The translations under genes and the position numbers were made by a program. The notes under the pieces are model-generated. The model saw only the letters and a list, made by a program, of their open reading frames with translations, had not been told where the DNA came from and did not search any database. Below, piece after piece: positions 25,819-33,744 of a stretch of DNA of 33,744 nt. Origin of the DNA: a virus (lineage: Duplodnaviria > Caudoviricetes); IMG/VR virus record IMGVR_UViG_3300020045_004521, positions 1-33,744 of that record; one strand, given 5' to 3'. The stretch's first letter is position 1. The number at the start of each line of letters is the position of its first letter.

Positions 25819-26106
25819 ATGACTACTTCAGATCGCCGCGCCGACGATGACAGAATAGGAAAGATACTTGATGCCGTAAATTCCCTCCATACAAAAATGG
25901 AATTAATTTCTCAAACTATCGAGAAAGAAATGAAGCGTGATTGCGTAGCTCATCACAAGACACTATATGATTCCGAAAATGGACTTGTGAAAATCGTGCA
26001 GATCGATCATGAACGAGTGAAACTACATTCGAAGATTATTTGGGGTATTGGCGGTGCGGTGGTTGTGTTGTTAGTTAATGCCGTAGGTAAAGCAATTTTG
26101 AAGTGA
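25819..26106 (+). CDS. Holin-like membrane protein
   Basis: AAGGAG RBS; helical body with one C-terminal TM segment (IIWGIGGAVVVLLVNAV); upstream of the endolysin candidate. Confidence 0.6.
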   Translation: MTTSDRRADDDRIGKILDAVNSLHTKMELISQTIEKEMKRDCVAHHKTLYDSENGLVKIVQIDHERVKLHSKIIWGIGGAVVVLLVNAVGKAILK

Positions 26107-26312
26107 TATTTCACAAGACGTTTGCAGATGAAATCCTTGAAGCGGCAGGCGTTAATATGGACGACTTTAAACCAATTTGTATCTATTGTAATTTTCCGGT
26201 TATTTGGGGACAGGAAATGGAGCAAGAAGGTGATAAATATTCTCACAGAGAATGTTATCGGAAAATAGACCATAAATGGTATCGGCCCGGAGAGGACAAA
26301 CCGCATGAGTAA
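26103..26312 (+). CDS. Small Zn-finger protein
   Basis: CIYC..HREC. Confidence 0.55.
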   Translation: MIFHKTFADEILEAAGVNMDDFKPICIYCNFPVIWGQEMEQEGDKYSHRECYRKIDHKWYRPGEDKPHE

Positions 26313-26709
26313 ATCATTGCTTTTAAAACGATTCATTTCGAGCCCGAAGGGTGTTTTCGGAGTTTTAACCTGTTTGGATGAGCCAATTACTTTGACAGCG
26401 GAACGGCCGTGGTTGGATAACAAATCGAACGAAAGTTGCATTCCGGACGGAACCTATTTGGTTAAGCGCGTCCAGAGCCCAAAATTCGGCGATACGTTTG
26501 AGGTTTCAGGTGTAGCCGGCCGCAATAGCATCCTGTTTCATTCTGGCAACGATCCACTGGTTGACTCTCATGGGTGCATCCTTCTGGGGTTACAGATGGA
26601 GATCCAGGGCGCGGAGTGGTCAGTTCTTACCAGCAAAGACGCTTTTAAAAAGTTCATGGATTTTATGGGAACAGATCAATCGTTTCAGTTGGCGATCAAG
26701 TTTGTGTGA
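26305..26709 (+). CDS. DUF5675-family L,D-peptidase-like protein, probable endolysin
   Basis: ERPW..N..SCIPDGTY..SPKFG..GRNSILFHSGN..DSHGCILLG. Confidence 0.85.
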   Translation: MSKSLLLKRFISSPKGVFGVLTCLDEPITLTAERPWLDNKSNESCIPDGTYLVKRVQSPKFGDTFEVSGVAGRNSILFHSGNDPLVDSHGCILLGLQMEIQGAEWSVLTSKDAFKKFMDFMGTDQSFQLAIKFV

Positions 26710-26714
26710 GTGTT

Positions 26715-26819
26715 ATGCAAGAATCCGCTCTTTATGGCGATACGTTCCTTTGGTTTGTGATGTGGGCGGCAGTGTGCATTTGGGCGTGGAAAGTGATTTT
26801 TGCTAAGGAGAATAGATAA
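26715..26819 (+). CDS. Small single-TM peptide (34 aa) in the lysis cassette
   Basis: MQESALYGDTFLWFVMWAAVCIWAWKVIFAKENR fills the gap exactly up to the next ATG. Confidence 0.45.
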   Translation: MQESALYGDTFLWFVMWAAVCIWAWKVIFAKENR

Positions 26820-27029
26820 ATGAAAAACCTAATCTTGACGGTGGCGGCAGTGATTTTCTTAAACGGGTGCGCGGCAATCAAGGAAGCGCGAATGGATGAT
26901 TATAACCGTGGATGGTGGAATGGAAAGACTATGTGCGCTGAAGGGAAAAAGGCGCAGGAAGGAAGTTACAAAAAGGGGTTCCGGAATGGGTTTTTATTCG
27001 AGAATTTAAGACAGGAGGAAATGAAATGA
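26820..27029 (+). CDS. Lipoprotein (spanin candidate)
   Basis: Lipobox LNGC after a hydrophobic leader; AAGGAG RBS. Confidence 0.65.
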   Translation: MKNLILTVAAVIFLNGCAAIKEARMDDYNRGWWNGKTMCAEGKKAQEGSYKKGFRNGFLFENLRQEEMK

Positions 27030-27256
27030 AAGATAAAACATTCTGGATTTTAACGATTGTTAGTGTTGGGATAATGGCGATTGAATTGGCCGGATGTGTG
27101 AGCAACCATTACAAGATCACTACTGCTTACACTTCCCCGGCAGATAGCGTAACAATTACCAGCGAGATCGAAGGCAAGAATACAATCGGGAAAGTCAGTT
27201 ATATCTATCAGAAAGTTTTAAGTTTCGTGGACGCTGAATATTTGAAGAAAAAATAG
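27026..27256 (+). CDS. Lipoprotein (spanin candidate)
   Basis: Lipobox LAGC after a hydrophobic leader; AGGAGG RBS. Confidence 0.65.
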   Translation: MKDKTFWILTIVSVGIMAIELAGCVSNHYKITTAYTSPADSVTITSEIEGKNTIGKVSYIYQKVLSFVDAEYLKKK

Positions 27257-27328
27257 CGGAGTAGAGCAGACTGGTAGCTTGCCGGGCTCATAACCCGGAG
27301 GTCGGTGGTTCAAATCCATCCTCCGCAA
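27255..27328 (+). tRNA. tRNA-Met(CAT), initiator (fMet) type, no encoded CCA
   Basis: Full cloverleaf; anticodon arm CCGGG-CTCATAA-CCCGG with three G:C pairs next to the loop; 1:72 mismatch; A11:U24; T-loop TTCAAAT. Confidence 0.93.
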
Positions 27329-27335
27329 AGAATTT

Positions 27336-27779
27336 ATGGACTACGAGAAAGGAATGGAAAATTTAAAAGTTAAACATAAAGCGCAGTTTTTGAGCGAACT
27401 GGTAATTTCTCCTGTTAAAGGTGACGATGATCTGTTTTATCTCCGCGCTCCGCTTCGGTATGAGAGCAAGATTTTAAAATCAATTGTTGAAGCAGAGGAG
27501 AGATTCGTTACAGATTTATCGAGCGTTCCTAAATGGTTGCCGGTTGTATATGCGCTGTTTAAAACGGTTGGGAAAGAGGCCGCCGTTATCCATGATTTAC
27601 TTTATCAAAAACACATTTGCGGGAAACTAAAAGCTGATCGCGTATTTTTGGAGGCAATGAAGGTTTTGAAAGTCGCGGCGTGGAAGCGGCAGACTATTTA
27701 TTGGGGAGTGGTTACTTTCGGATGGACTTCCTATTCGAATGGGCCGGATAGATACAAAATATTGAATACAAAAAAGTGA
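27336..27779 (+). CDS. DUF1353 family protein
   Basis: FVTDLSSVP, AAVIHDLLY, ADRVFLEAM and IYWGVVTFG. Confidence 0.9.
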   Translation: MDYEKGMENLKVKHKAQFLSELVISPVKGDDDLFYLRAPLRYESKILKSIVEAEERFVTDLSSVPKWLPVVYALFKTVGKEAAVIHDLLYQKHICGKLKADRVFLEAMKVLKVAAWKRQTIYWGVVTFGWTSYSNGPDRYKILNTKK

Positions 27780-27787
27780 GGTGATGT

Positions 27788-27946
27788 ATGTCAGTAAATT
27801 TAAAGAACTTTAAAAATTTTCAAAAAGGAATGGCGGCTAATCCGGCTGGAATGGCTCCAATTATGAACAAACCCAAAATAAACATTTTTAAAAAAAAGAA
27901 ACGACGCGGATTCAGAAGTTTTGAAGATAACGTGGGGATGAAGTGA
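27788..27946 (+). CDS. Small basic protein (52 aa)
   Basis: GAGGTG RBS; TGATG coupling to the next ORF. Confidence 0.55.
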   Translation: MSVNLKNFKNFQKGMAANPAGMAPIMNKPKINIFKKKKRRGFRSFEDNVGMK

Positions 27947-28083
27947 TGCCGTTAAAACATAAACTTCTTAATTTAGTTTTTAAACTTTTCGGATTGAAAC
28001 AAAAGTATTTGTCCGACGAAGAAAAACGAATGCTGGCGAAAAAAATGTTTCACAGGGAATACACAAAGGTGAACTGGTTATGA
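27946..28083 (+). CDS. Small basic protein (45 aa)
   Basis: Translationally coupled at both ends. Confidence 0.5.
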   Translation: MPLKHKLLNLVFKLFGLKQKYLSDEEKRMLAKKMFHREYTKVNWL

Positions 28084-28388
28084 GAATCTATTTCGGGTAT
28101 CAAGTAGACGCATTGCTAAAAGAAAAAGATCATCTCATCGACGAACTTAAGCGCCACAATGAACGCCTCGAAAAAGAGATATCGGAAAAAAATAAAAAGA
28201 TAGATTTGGCAGTAGACGGACTTTTGAACAATTCAGGGCAGAGGCCGATTACTGTTCCAGAAAAGAAAGTCAGGGAAAAAGATGATTTAGCGTCGAGCAT
28301 TATCGCTTCGCTGAATTCTATCGGCGGAGACACTAAAGAAAAAGAGCCGCCCATAAAACGCACCACATGGCCAACGGAACTAAAATGA
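28080..28388 (+). CDS. Coiled-coil hypothetical protein
   Basis: 102 aa with a heptad pattern; directly upstream of the portal. Confidence 0.65.
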   Translation: MRIYFGYQVDALLKEKDHLIDELKRHNERLEKEISEKNKKIDLAVDGLLNNSGQRPITVPEKKVREKDDLASSIIASLNSIGGDTKEKEPPIKRTTWPTELK

Positions 28389-30517
28389 TAGATCAAGAAT
28401 TCGAGTCGGAAGAAGTACAAAACAAGATCAAAGAACTCCGAGACAAGATCAAGAATAACTCCAAGAGTCAGAAAATCAAGTTTGAAAAAAACTGGTTCCG
28501 GTCTATTCTGTTTTATATCGGCAATCAATGGATCACTTTTTACCAGTCTAGTATGTCATGGGAACGCCCGCGCGAATTGCCGGCATGGTATCCGACTCCG
28601 GTTACAAACAAGTTTGCGCGTGCAATCAATACAATTCGCGCGATTCTGATCCAGAAAGAGCCGCGCGCGCTGGTGACTCCGGCGACAAATTCAGATGATG
28701 ACATCGCGACGGCTGATGTTGGTGACAAACTTATTGATGTGATTGATAGGGAAACAAACATTTCAGTTTTTAGAAAGATCGCTTCGGCGTGGTATGTGAT
28801 TACAGGAAATGTTTTTTGTCATACTTACGCCTATCAAAACAAGGAAAACGGAGAAATTTTTATACCCTACGAACAATGTATGCAATGTGCAGAGATCGTT
28901 TCGCCAAAAGACATCACGGACAATGGCAATAAATGCCCGCATTGCCAAGGAACTAAATTCATTCTGGCAAAAAATGCGGACGGTCAGCCGGCGGGTGATA
29001 CACAACCCAAAACAAAGATCGTCCGTGACGCTTGCTCTCCGTTTGAAATTCATTGCGAACAACAGATTCAGGATATCAATAAAATAAAAAACTTTGTCAG
29101 GACAAAAACATTACCATTGGATGATGTAAAAAAAATGTACCCGGATTTTGAGGATAAAATAGTTGGTGACAGTTCAGGAGGCGACGTTGGGCAGGACTAT
29201 TTGAATACTTTGGCATTTAGCGTAACAAGCGGTGATTCTAACACGATTTTGGGCGGATCAACGGGAGGTGGGAAGGCGGAGCGGGCGACGCTTGATTATC
29301 TTTACCAGTTGCCGAATGACGATTTTCCTAACGGTGTAGTTGCGACGATAAATGCGGGCACAGTTTTAGAGTGTATGGCAATCAATGATATTTACGTTGA
29401 CGTATACGGGAAGGCGTTTTTGCCGTTGGCGTTTGCGGGTTATATGTTTGTTCCCGGCAGGTTGTGGCACAAATCAGTTTCGGACGATATTATAGAAAAA
29501 CAGAAGCAAAGGAATAAACTTGAGTCTTTTATTGAGTTGATAACTTTCCGGATGGGAGCGCCGGACTGGTTAAAACCAAGCGTTTGCGGCGATATCAATA
29601 TTGGTGGCGAACCAGGTCAGGAAATTGAATATACGGAAGGCCCTCGGGGTGAAAAACCGTCAAAAGTTCCCGGATCAGATATTCCGGCTTCGATAAATCA
29701 GAGAATAGAGCAAATTGACAAGGATTTTGAAGACTTGGCGGCTACTTATGACGCTTTAAAGGGTCAATCGCCCACAAATATCAATACGTTTTCTGGTCTT
29801 AAACTTTTGACTGAGCGCGGTTACAGTTCGCACATGGAACTGATTAAGAACTGGGAAAAATTCAATGAGGATATAGCAACGCATGGTCTCGATATCGCAC
29901 GCAATACGATGGTTGAAGAGCGCAAAAAGACGTTTAAGAACGAATTGGGAGATTGGGAAACAGAGACTTTCACGAAAGCTGATATTCAGGGTGGAGTTGA
30001 TATCAAGATCGAGGCCGGATCGTCAGTTCCACGCAGTCAGGCCGCAGAACAGGGGTCTCTGGTGGATTCAATCAAACTCGGATTGGTAGACACTTCTGAT
30101 CCGGGTACGCATTACAAGGTATTGGAGAAGTTAGGGCAGGCGGAATTCAAGAATGAGATCGACATTGACGTAAAAGACGCAAAAAAGGAATGGAAAGATT
30201 TTTTGGGGTCTGTAACGCAGTTTCCAAACGATCCGCGCAAATGGGTTACTCGCCCGCGAAAAGGCATAGACAACGAAAAAATTCATTTAAAAGATGCCAT
30301 GATGCGCGCGAAAACGGATGAATTCTTTAGATTGCCACAACAGGCGCAACAGATGTGGATTGAGCACGCTATGGCACATGAAGCTAATGTTAATGATGAG
30401 ATGATGCGGCAGGCGATGATGCAGGGAGGGGTGCCGCAGGGCCCAGGTATGCAGGCGCCTCCCAATAAGAGTGCAAGCGCATTAAATATTAATAAACCAG
30501 AATTTTCAGCAGTTTAG
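28385..30517 (+). CDS. Portal protein with Zn-ribbon insertion
   Basis: About 710 aa; PVTNKF..P...VTPATNSDDDIATA pattern of P22-like portals; precedes scaffold and capsid genes. Start 28385 (ATGA overlap) or 28367. Confidence 0.85.
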   Translation: MIDQEFESEEVQNKIKELRDKIKNNSKSQKIKFEKNWFRSILFYIGNQWITFYQSSMSWERPRELPAWYPTPVTNKFARAINTIRAILIQKEPRALVTPATNSDDDIATADVGDKLIDVIDRETNISVFRKIASAWYVITGNVFCHTYAYQNKENGEIFIPYEQCMQCAEIVSPKDITDNGNKCPHCQGTKFILAKNADGQPAGDTQPKTKIVRDACSPFEIHCEQQIQDINKIKNFVRTKTLPLDDVKKMYPDFEDKIVGDSSGGDVGQDYLNTLAFSVTSGDSNTILGGSTGGGKAERATLDYLYQLPNDDFPNGVVATINAGTVLECMAINDIYVDVYGKAFLPLAFAGYMFVPGRLWHKSVSDDIIEKQKQRNKLESFIELITFRMGAPDWLKPSVCGDINIGGEPGQEIEYTEGPRGEKPSKVPGSDIPASINQRIEQIDKDFEDLAATYDALKGQSPTNINTFSGLKLLTERGYSSHMELIKNWEKFNEDIATHGLDIARNTMVEERKKTFKNELGDWETETFTKADIQGGVDIKIEAGSSVPRSQAAEQGSLVDSIKLGLVDTSDPGTHYKVLEKLGQAEFKNEIDIDVKDAKKEWKDFLGSVTQFPNDPRKWVTRPRKGIDNEKIHLKDAMMRAKTDEFFRLPQQAQQMWIEHAMAHEANVNDEMMRQAMMQGGVPQGPGMQAPPNKSASALNINKPEFSAV

Positions 30518-30525
30518 TTAAAACC

Positions 30526-30708
30526 ATGAAAATTATTATTGATGGAGTAAAAATAGTTCCAAAAGGAACAAAAGGTTCAAGGTTGTTAAAATTTGACGAC
30601 GGTAAAATTGTTTCAATTAAAATTGATAAAAGAAAAATAAATGGCAATGGTATGAGAAAATTTTATAAGGATGAATTGCGAAAAATAAAAAAAATTAAGT
30701 TGTTTTAA
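30526..30708 (+). CDS. Small basic AT-rich hypothetical protein
   Basis: 60-aa ORF between portal and scaffold. Confidence 0.4.
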   Translation: MKIIIDGVKIVPKGTKGSRLLKFDDGKIVSIKIDKRKINGNGMRKFYKDELRKIKKIKLF

Positions 30709-30775
30709 TAAAAAACAAAGCCCCGCCTCATGAACGGGGTTAGCTCGACCTAAATAAGAGCGCACAACAGTTTTT

Positions 30776-30817
30776 AGGAGCTGTTCACGGATTAAACCCG
30801 TGGATAGCTCCTTTTTT
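30776..30817 (+). terminator. Intrinsic terminator upstream of scaffold/capsid genes
   Basis: 15-bp stem AGGAGCTGTTCACGG / CCGTGGATAGCTCCT followed by a T-run. Confidence 0.85.
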
Positions 30818-30907
30818 GTTGTGTCACCAGATTTTTCGATTTCTTGACTACGCTGGAACTTAACCAGCGATAACAAAAAGGAAGTTCAAGAAAAAAGGGG
30901 TAGCAAA

Positions 30908-31870
30908 ATGGAAAACATGGAAGCAGGAACAGGATCGTCGACAGATGGCGGTGGAGTAGCGACGCTGGAAAGCGCCGGCGCGCAGGCCCTCGCCTCAATG
31001 AATACGCCAGAAAAGGCAGAGGAAAAAAATATCTCTCCGGTTGCGGATAAAGAACCAGCAAAATCCGCAGACGACTCTGGGATGGGCGACAAACATCCTA
31101 ACCAGCTGGAAGGCATCGACGAACAGACGTTAAAAGATATTCGGGAAGGCAAGATCATCCCGAAATATAGATTCGATGAAGTCAGTAAGAAGCAAGAAGA
31201 ACTCGCAAGTATGTTGGAAAGTTACAAAACCTTTGGAACGCCAGAGCAGTTGAAAGAAATAATGGCGGCGATGGCGACTCTGAAAAACGACAAGGGTAGT
31301 TTGCCGGAGAATCCGACAACAGAACTTGACGACGACGACAAGGCAATGCAAGCGGCAATTCTGAAACTGTTTCCCCAGTTGAAAAGTTTAGGGCAAGACA
31401 AAACAGTTGAAGAACTCAAAGCGCAGTTTGGGCAAGTGCAGAAATTCGTGCAGGCCCAACAAGCGGAAGCCAAACAGCAATACGATTCATTTATCGGTAA
31501 AGCAAGCGAAACGATAAAAGGATTTGCCAAAGAAGCGGGATTGAACGTCGATGATGCAAAAAACGTAAACCTTTTAGAAACCGTGATTTCCCAGATGATT
31601 GAAGCCGAGCCGGAACTGGCTGAACAATTCTACGGAAAACGGGATATAAGCGTTTTAAAAAAGGTTTTCGACGATTATTCCTCCAGATTTTTATCTGGCG
31701 TCCAAAGGAAAGTGGCCTCCGATATTATTGGCGATAAAAAAAAGATGGAGAAATTACCTAAAGCAGTCGCGGGAACGGGAACCAATGAACCGGAAAAGAA
31801 GTTAGACGTTAAAAAGTTCAAAAGTTTTGCGGACACGCAAAATGTAGCCAAAGAACTGCTAGGTGAATAA
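30908..31870 (+). CDS. Capsid scaffolding protein
   Basis: Acidic disordered N-terminus, IPKYRFDEV motif, helical body; between portal and capsid genes. Confidence 0.8.
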   Translation: MENMEAGTGSSTDGGGVATLESAGAQALASMNTPEKAEEKNISPVADKEPAKSADDSGMGDKHPNQLEGIDEQTLKDIREGKIIPKYRFDEVSKKQEELASMLESYKTFGTPEQLKEIMAAMATLKNDKGSLPENPTTELDDDDKAMQAAILKLFPQLKSLGQDKTVEELKAQFGQVQKFVQAQQAEAKQQYDSFIGKASETIKGFAKEAGLNVDDAKNVNLLETVISQMIEAEPELAEQFYGKRDISVLKKVFDDYSSRFLSGVQRKVASDIIGDKKKMEKLPKAVAGTGTNEPEKKLDVKKFKSFADTQNVAKELLGE

Positions 31871-31901
31871 ATAGTTTCTCCGTAAATCAAGGAGCATTAT
31901 T

Positions 31902-33212
31902 ATGGCTGGTCAAACATTAACTACGGTAGATAAAGTCCTTAAAGACTTCTACCGCGATGTTTTAGTAAACCTCATTAATAATGATACCCGCCTTTTGGAT
32001 ATTTTTGCAAAAGGTGACGCAAAATCCTTATCAGTAAACGGTCGGGATGTGATTTATCCGATCATTACTAACAGGAACCAAGGCGTTGGGTCAGTAGGCG
32101 AAGGAAAAGTTTTGCCGAAAGCTGGGTATCAGGAAGTTGCGAACGTCACTATTACCCCCGCTTACACTTACGGGCGTATTCAGTTGACGAAACAGGCGAT
32201 TGCATTATCCGAAACCAACAAAGGCGCATTCGTTAAAGCGTTGACGCTGGAAATGGACGGATTAAAACGCGATATGGCTCGCCTCCGCAATAGGCAGTTA
32301 TTTGGTTATGGAGTTGGCATTCTTTGCAAAGTGAACGGAGTGCATGGAGTTTCTGCAACAACCATTGCCGTTAAAGATCCTGGCGGTTTTAGCGGAACGT
32401 CTAATGGAGCGCGATTCTTGCAAAAAAATCAGTCTATTGCGGTAATTCGCAATGCGACCCCCACCAGTGCTTCCGATTCCGACATCGTTGGAACGGCAGT
32501 TACTATTTCGTCTATCGCTTCCGACAAAAAATCTATTGTTGTTGCGACTGGCGGAGTCGGGGCTGTTGCGCTTGCCGATGGTGATTTAATCGTTTCGGCT
32601 CCTGCCGGCGATGATTCCAGCGCGCAAACTTCAGTAAATCGTGAACCTATGGGTATCACCGGAATGGTGGATGATGGAACGTATCTTTCTACCATCTTCG
32701 GAGTTTCCAGAACGACTTACGAACAAATGAAAGCGAACGTCATTACTCTTAATGACGCCATTTCAATTGATGCGATGGATCGCGCGCTCGACTTATCCGA
32801 CGAACGAGGTGGTGGAAAAATCGGCCGCATTGTGGCCCATCATTCAATCATTCGCGAATACGAAAAGCTCGCCATTAACCTTAAACGGTATGTCAATAAT
32901 GAGAACACATCTAAACCTGATCTCGGATTCGGCAAAGACCTGGAATTTTCCGGTGTGCCGATGATCAAAGAGCGCATGGCTCCTTACGGAACCATGTTTT
33001 TCCTTGATTCCAGTTCAGCGGTGAGATATTCCATTCTTGATGGTGAATGGGCAAACGACGATGGAACGATACTTCTCAGAACGCCTGATAACACAGACGC
33101 TTATGAGGCACGCTTCAGGATTTTCGATAACTTCATGATCGATCGCCCTGATTCTTGCTCAAGAATTGATGGTATAACCGGCGCTACTGTTGATGTTGTG
33201 AGCGCGGAATAA
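31902..33212 (+). CDS. Major capsid protein
   Basis: 436 aa after the scaffold with AAGGAG RBS; LKDFY..L, GEGKVLP, YGRIQLT..AI, RQLFGYG.G, GITGMVDD and C-terminal RIDGIT pattern of HK97-fold capsids. Confidence 0.9.
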   Translation: MAGQTLTTVDKVLKDFYRDVLVNLINNDTRLLDIFAKGDAKSLSVNGRDVIYPIITNRNQGVGSVGEGKVLPKAGYQEVANVTITPAYTYGRIQLTKQAIALSETNKGAFVKALTLEMDGLKRDMARLRNRQLFGYGVGILCKVNGVHGVSATTIAVKDPGGFSGTSNGARFLQKNQSIAVIRNATPTSASDSDIVGTAVTISSIASDKKSIVVATGGVGAVALADGDLIVSAPAGDDSSAQTSVNREPMGITGMVDDGTYLSTIFGVSRTTYEQMKANVITLNDAISIDAMDRALDLSDERGGGKIGRIVAHHSIIREYEKLAINLKRYVNNENTSKPDLGFGKDLEFSGVPMIKERMAPYGTMFFLDSSSAVRYSILDGEWANDDGTILLRTPDNTDAYEARFRIFDNFMIDRPDSCSRIDGITGATVDVVSAE

Positions 33213-33225
33213 GGGGGTGGCTTTT

Positions 33226-33744
33226 ATGAACTTCAAAAAATTCATTTATGGCGCTCTTGTTATTATGACTGTTGCGGCGATTGTGAAGATCGTTGATGCT
33301 AACAGTCAAACGGCGTTACTTGATGGAAACGGAAATCCTTCCGCGACTGGAACAACCCAGTTAAATCCTAAACCTAATCCGAATCCTACGGTTGAGATCC
33401 GGAGGTTAAGGACGACAAATGATGGTCAGCAACTTGTAAATAACAACACCGTTACAAAATCCAGTATTTGCGCTGTTGCAAATTCAACGCATGTTTGGAT
33501 TGTTGACTTCATTGCTCCGAAAGGATTCTATGCGACGTATGGAGTGACTGGCGCAAGTTCATCATTCCAAGTTGCCATGAGTTCAACGCAGAATGGAACT
33601 GCTTCTGCTTCAATCAGCACATATAACTTCAACCCGCCGGCGACTTTGGCGACTTCCATCGACTACATTAAATGGCTGGCCGATTACACTTTGTCTGCTT
33701 CTTCAACAACGGACATTATGGACGAATGGCGCGAATTCATGGAA
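33226..33744 (+). CDS. Signal-peptide-bearing S/T-rich protein directly after the capsid gene (3'-truncated)
   Basis: Not in the ORF track. ATG 33226 is open to the window end: MNFKKFIYGALVIMTVAAIVKIVDA-NSQTALLDGNG... Confidence 0.75.
   Translation, partial: MNFKKFIYGALVIMTVAAIVKIVDANSQTALLDGNGNPSATGTTQLNPKPNPNPTVEIRRLRTTNDGQQLVNNNTVTKSSICAVANSTHVWIVDFIAPKGFYATYGVTGASSSFQVAMSSTQNGTASASISTYNFNPPATLATSIDYIKWLADYTLSASSTTDIMDEWREFME

Noticed and set aside
25828-25851. DRRADDDR in the holin-like protein as a c-di-GMP-binding motif linked to the GGDEF domain
   Set aside because: It does not fit RxxxR spacing, and RxxD alone is too common to support the link.
1-33744. Alternative genetic code or stop-codon readthrough
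   Set aside because: Long genes are intact in the standard code; TAA, TGA and TAG all end genes; no suppressor tRNA is present.

Overview
The window is most of the genome of an unclassified tailed dsDNA phage, probably short-tailed (podovirus-like), with essentially every real gene on the + strand. Gene order: (i) putative DNA-ejection proteins ending in a 2437-aa polyvalent protein (ART-like module, degenerate GGDEF, HExxH zincin, LPD38-like C-terminus); (ii) an HNH-type endonuclease; (iii) an early operon with a sigma70 promoter, a structured RNA leader, YqaJ/RecT, many tiny Zn-finger ORFs, a replication initiator with internal ori-like repeats, VRR-NUC and a probable late activator; (iv) a late operon with terS, terL, four signal-peptide-bearing fibre/decoration-like proteins, a lysis cassette, an initiator tRNA-Met, DUF1353, portal, scaffold and major capsid protein. 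The most unusual signals are six structural-looking proteins with Sec-type signal peptides, the repeat-bounded modules and degenerate GGDEF in the giant protein, and several RNA structures (a CI/C4-like hairpin, an anti-RBS hairpin, two terminator/antiterminator leaders) in a window with no recognisable repressor or integrase. The first ~210 bp contain an Illumina adapter remnant and are probably an assembly artefact. All family calls come from manual motif recognition; no searches were run.
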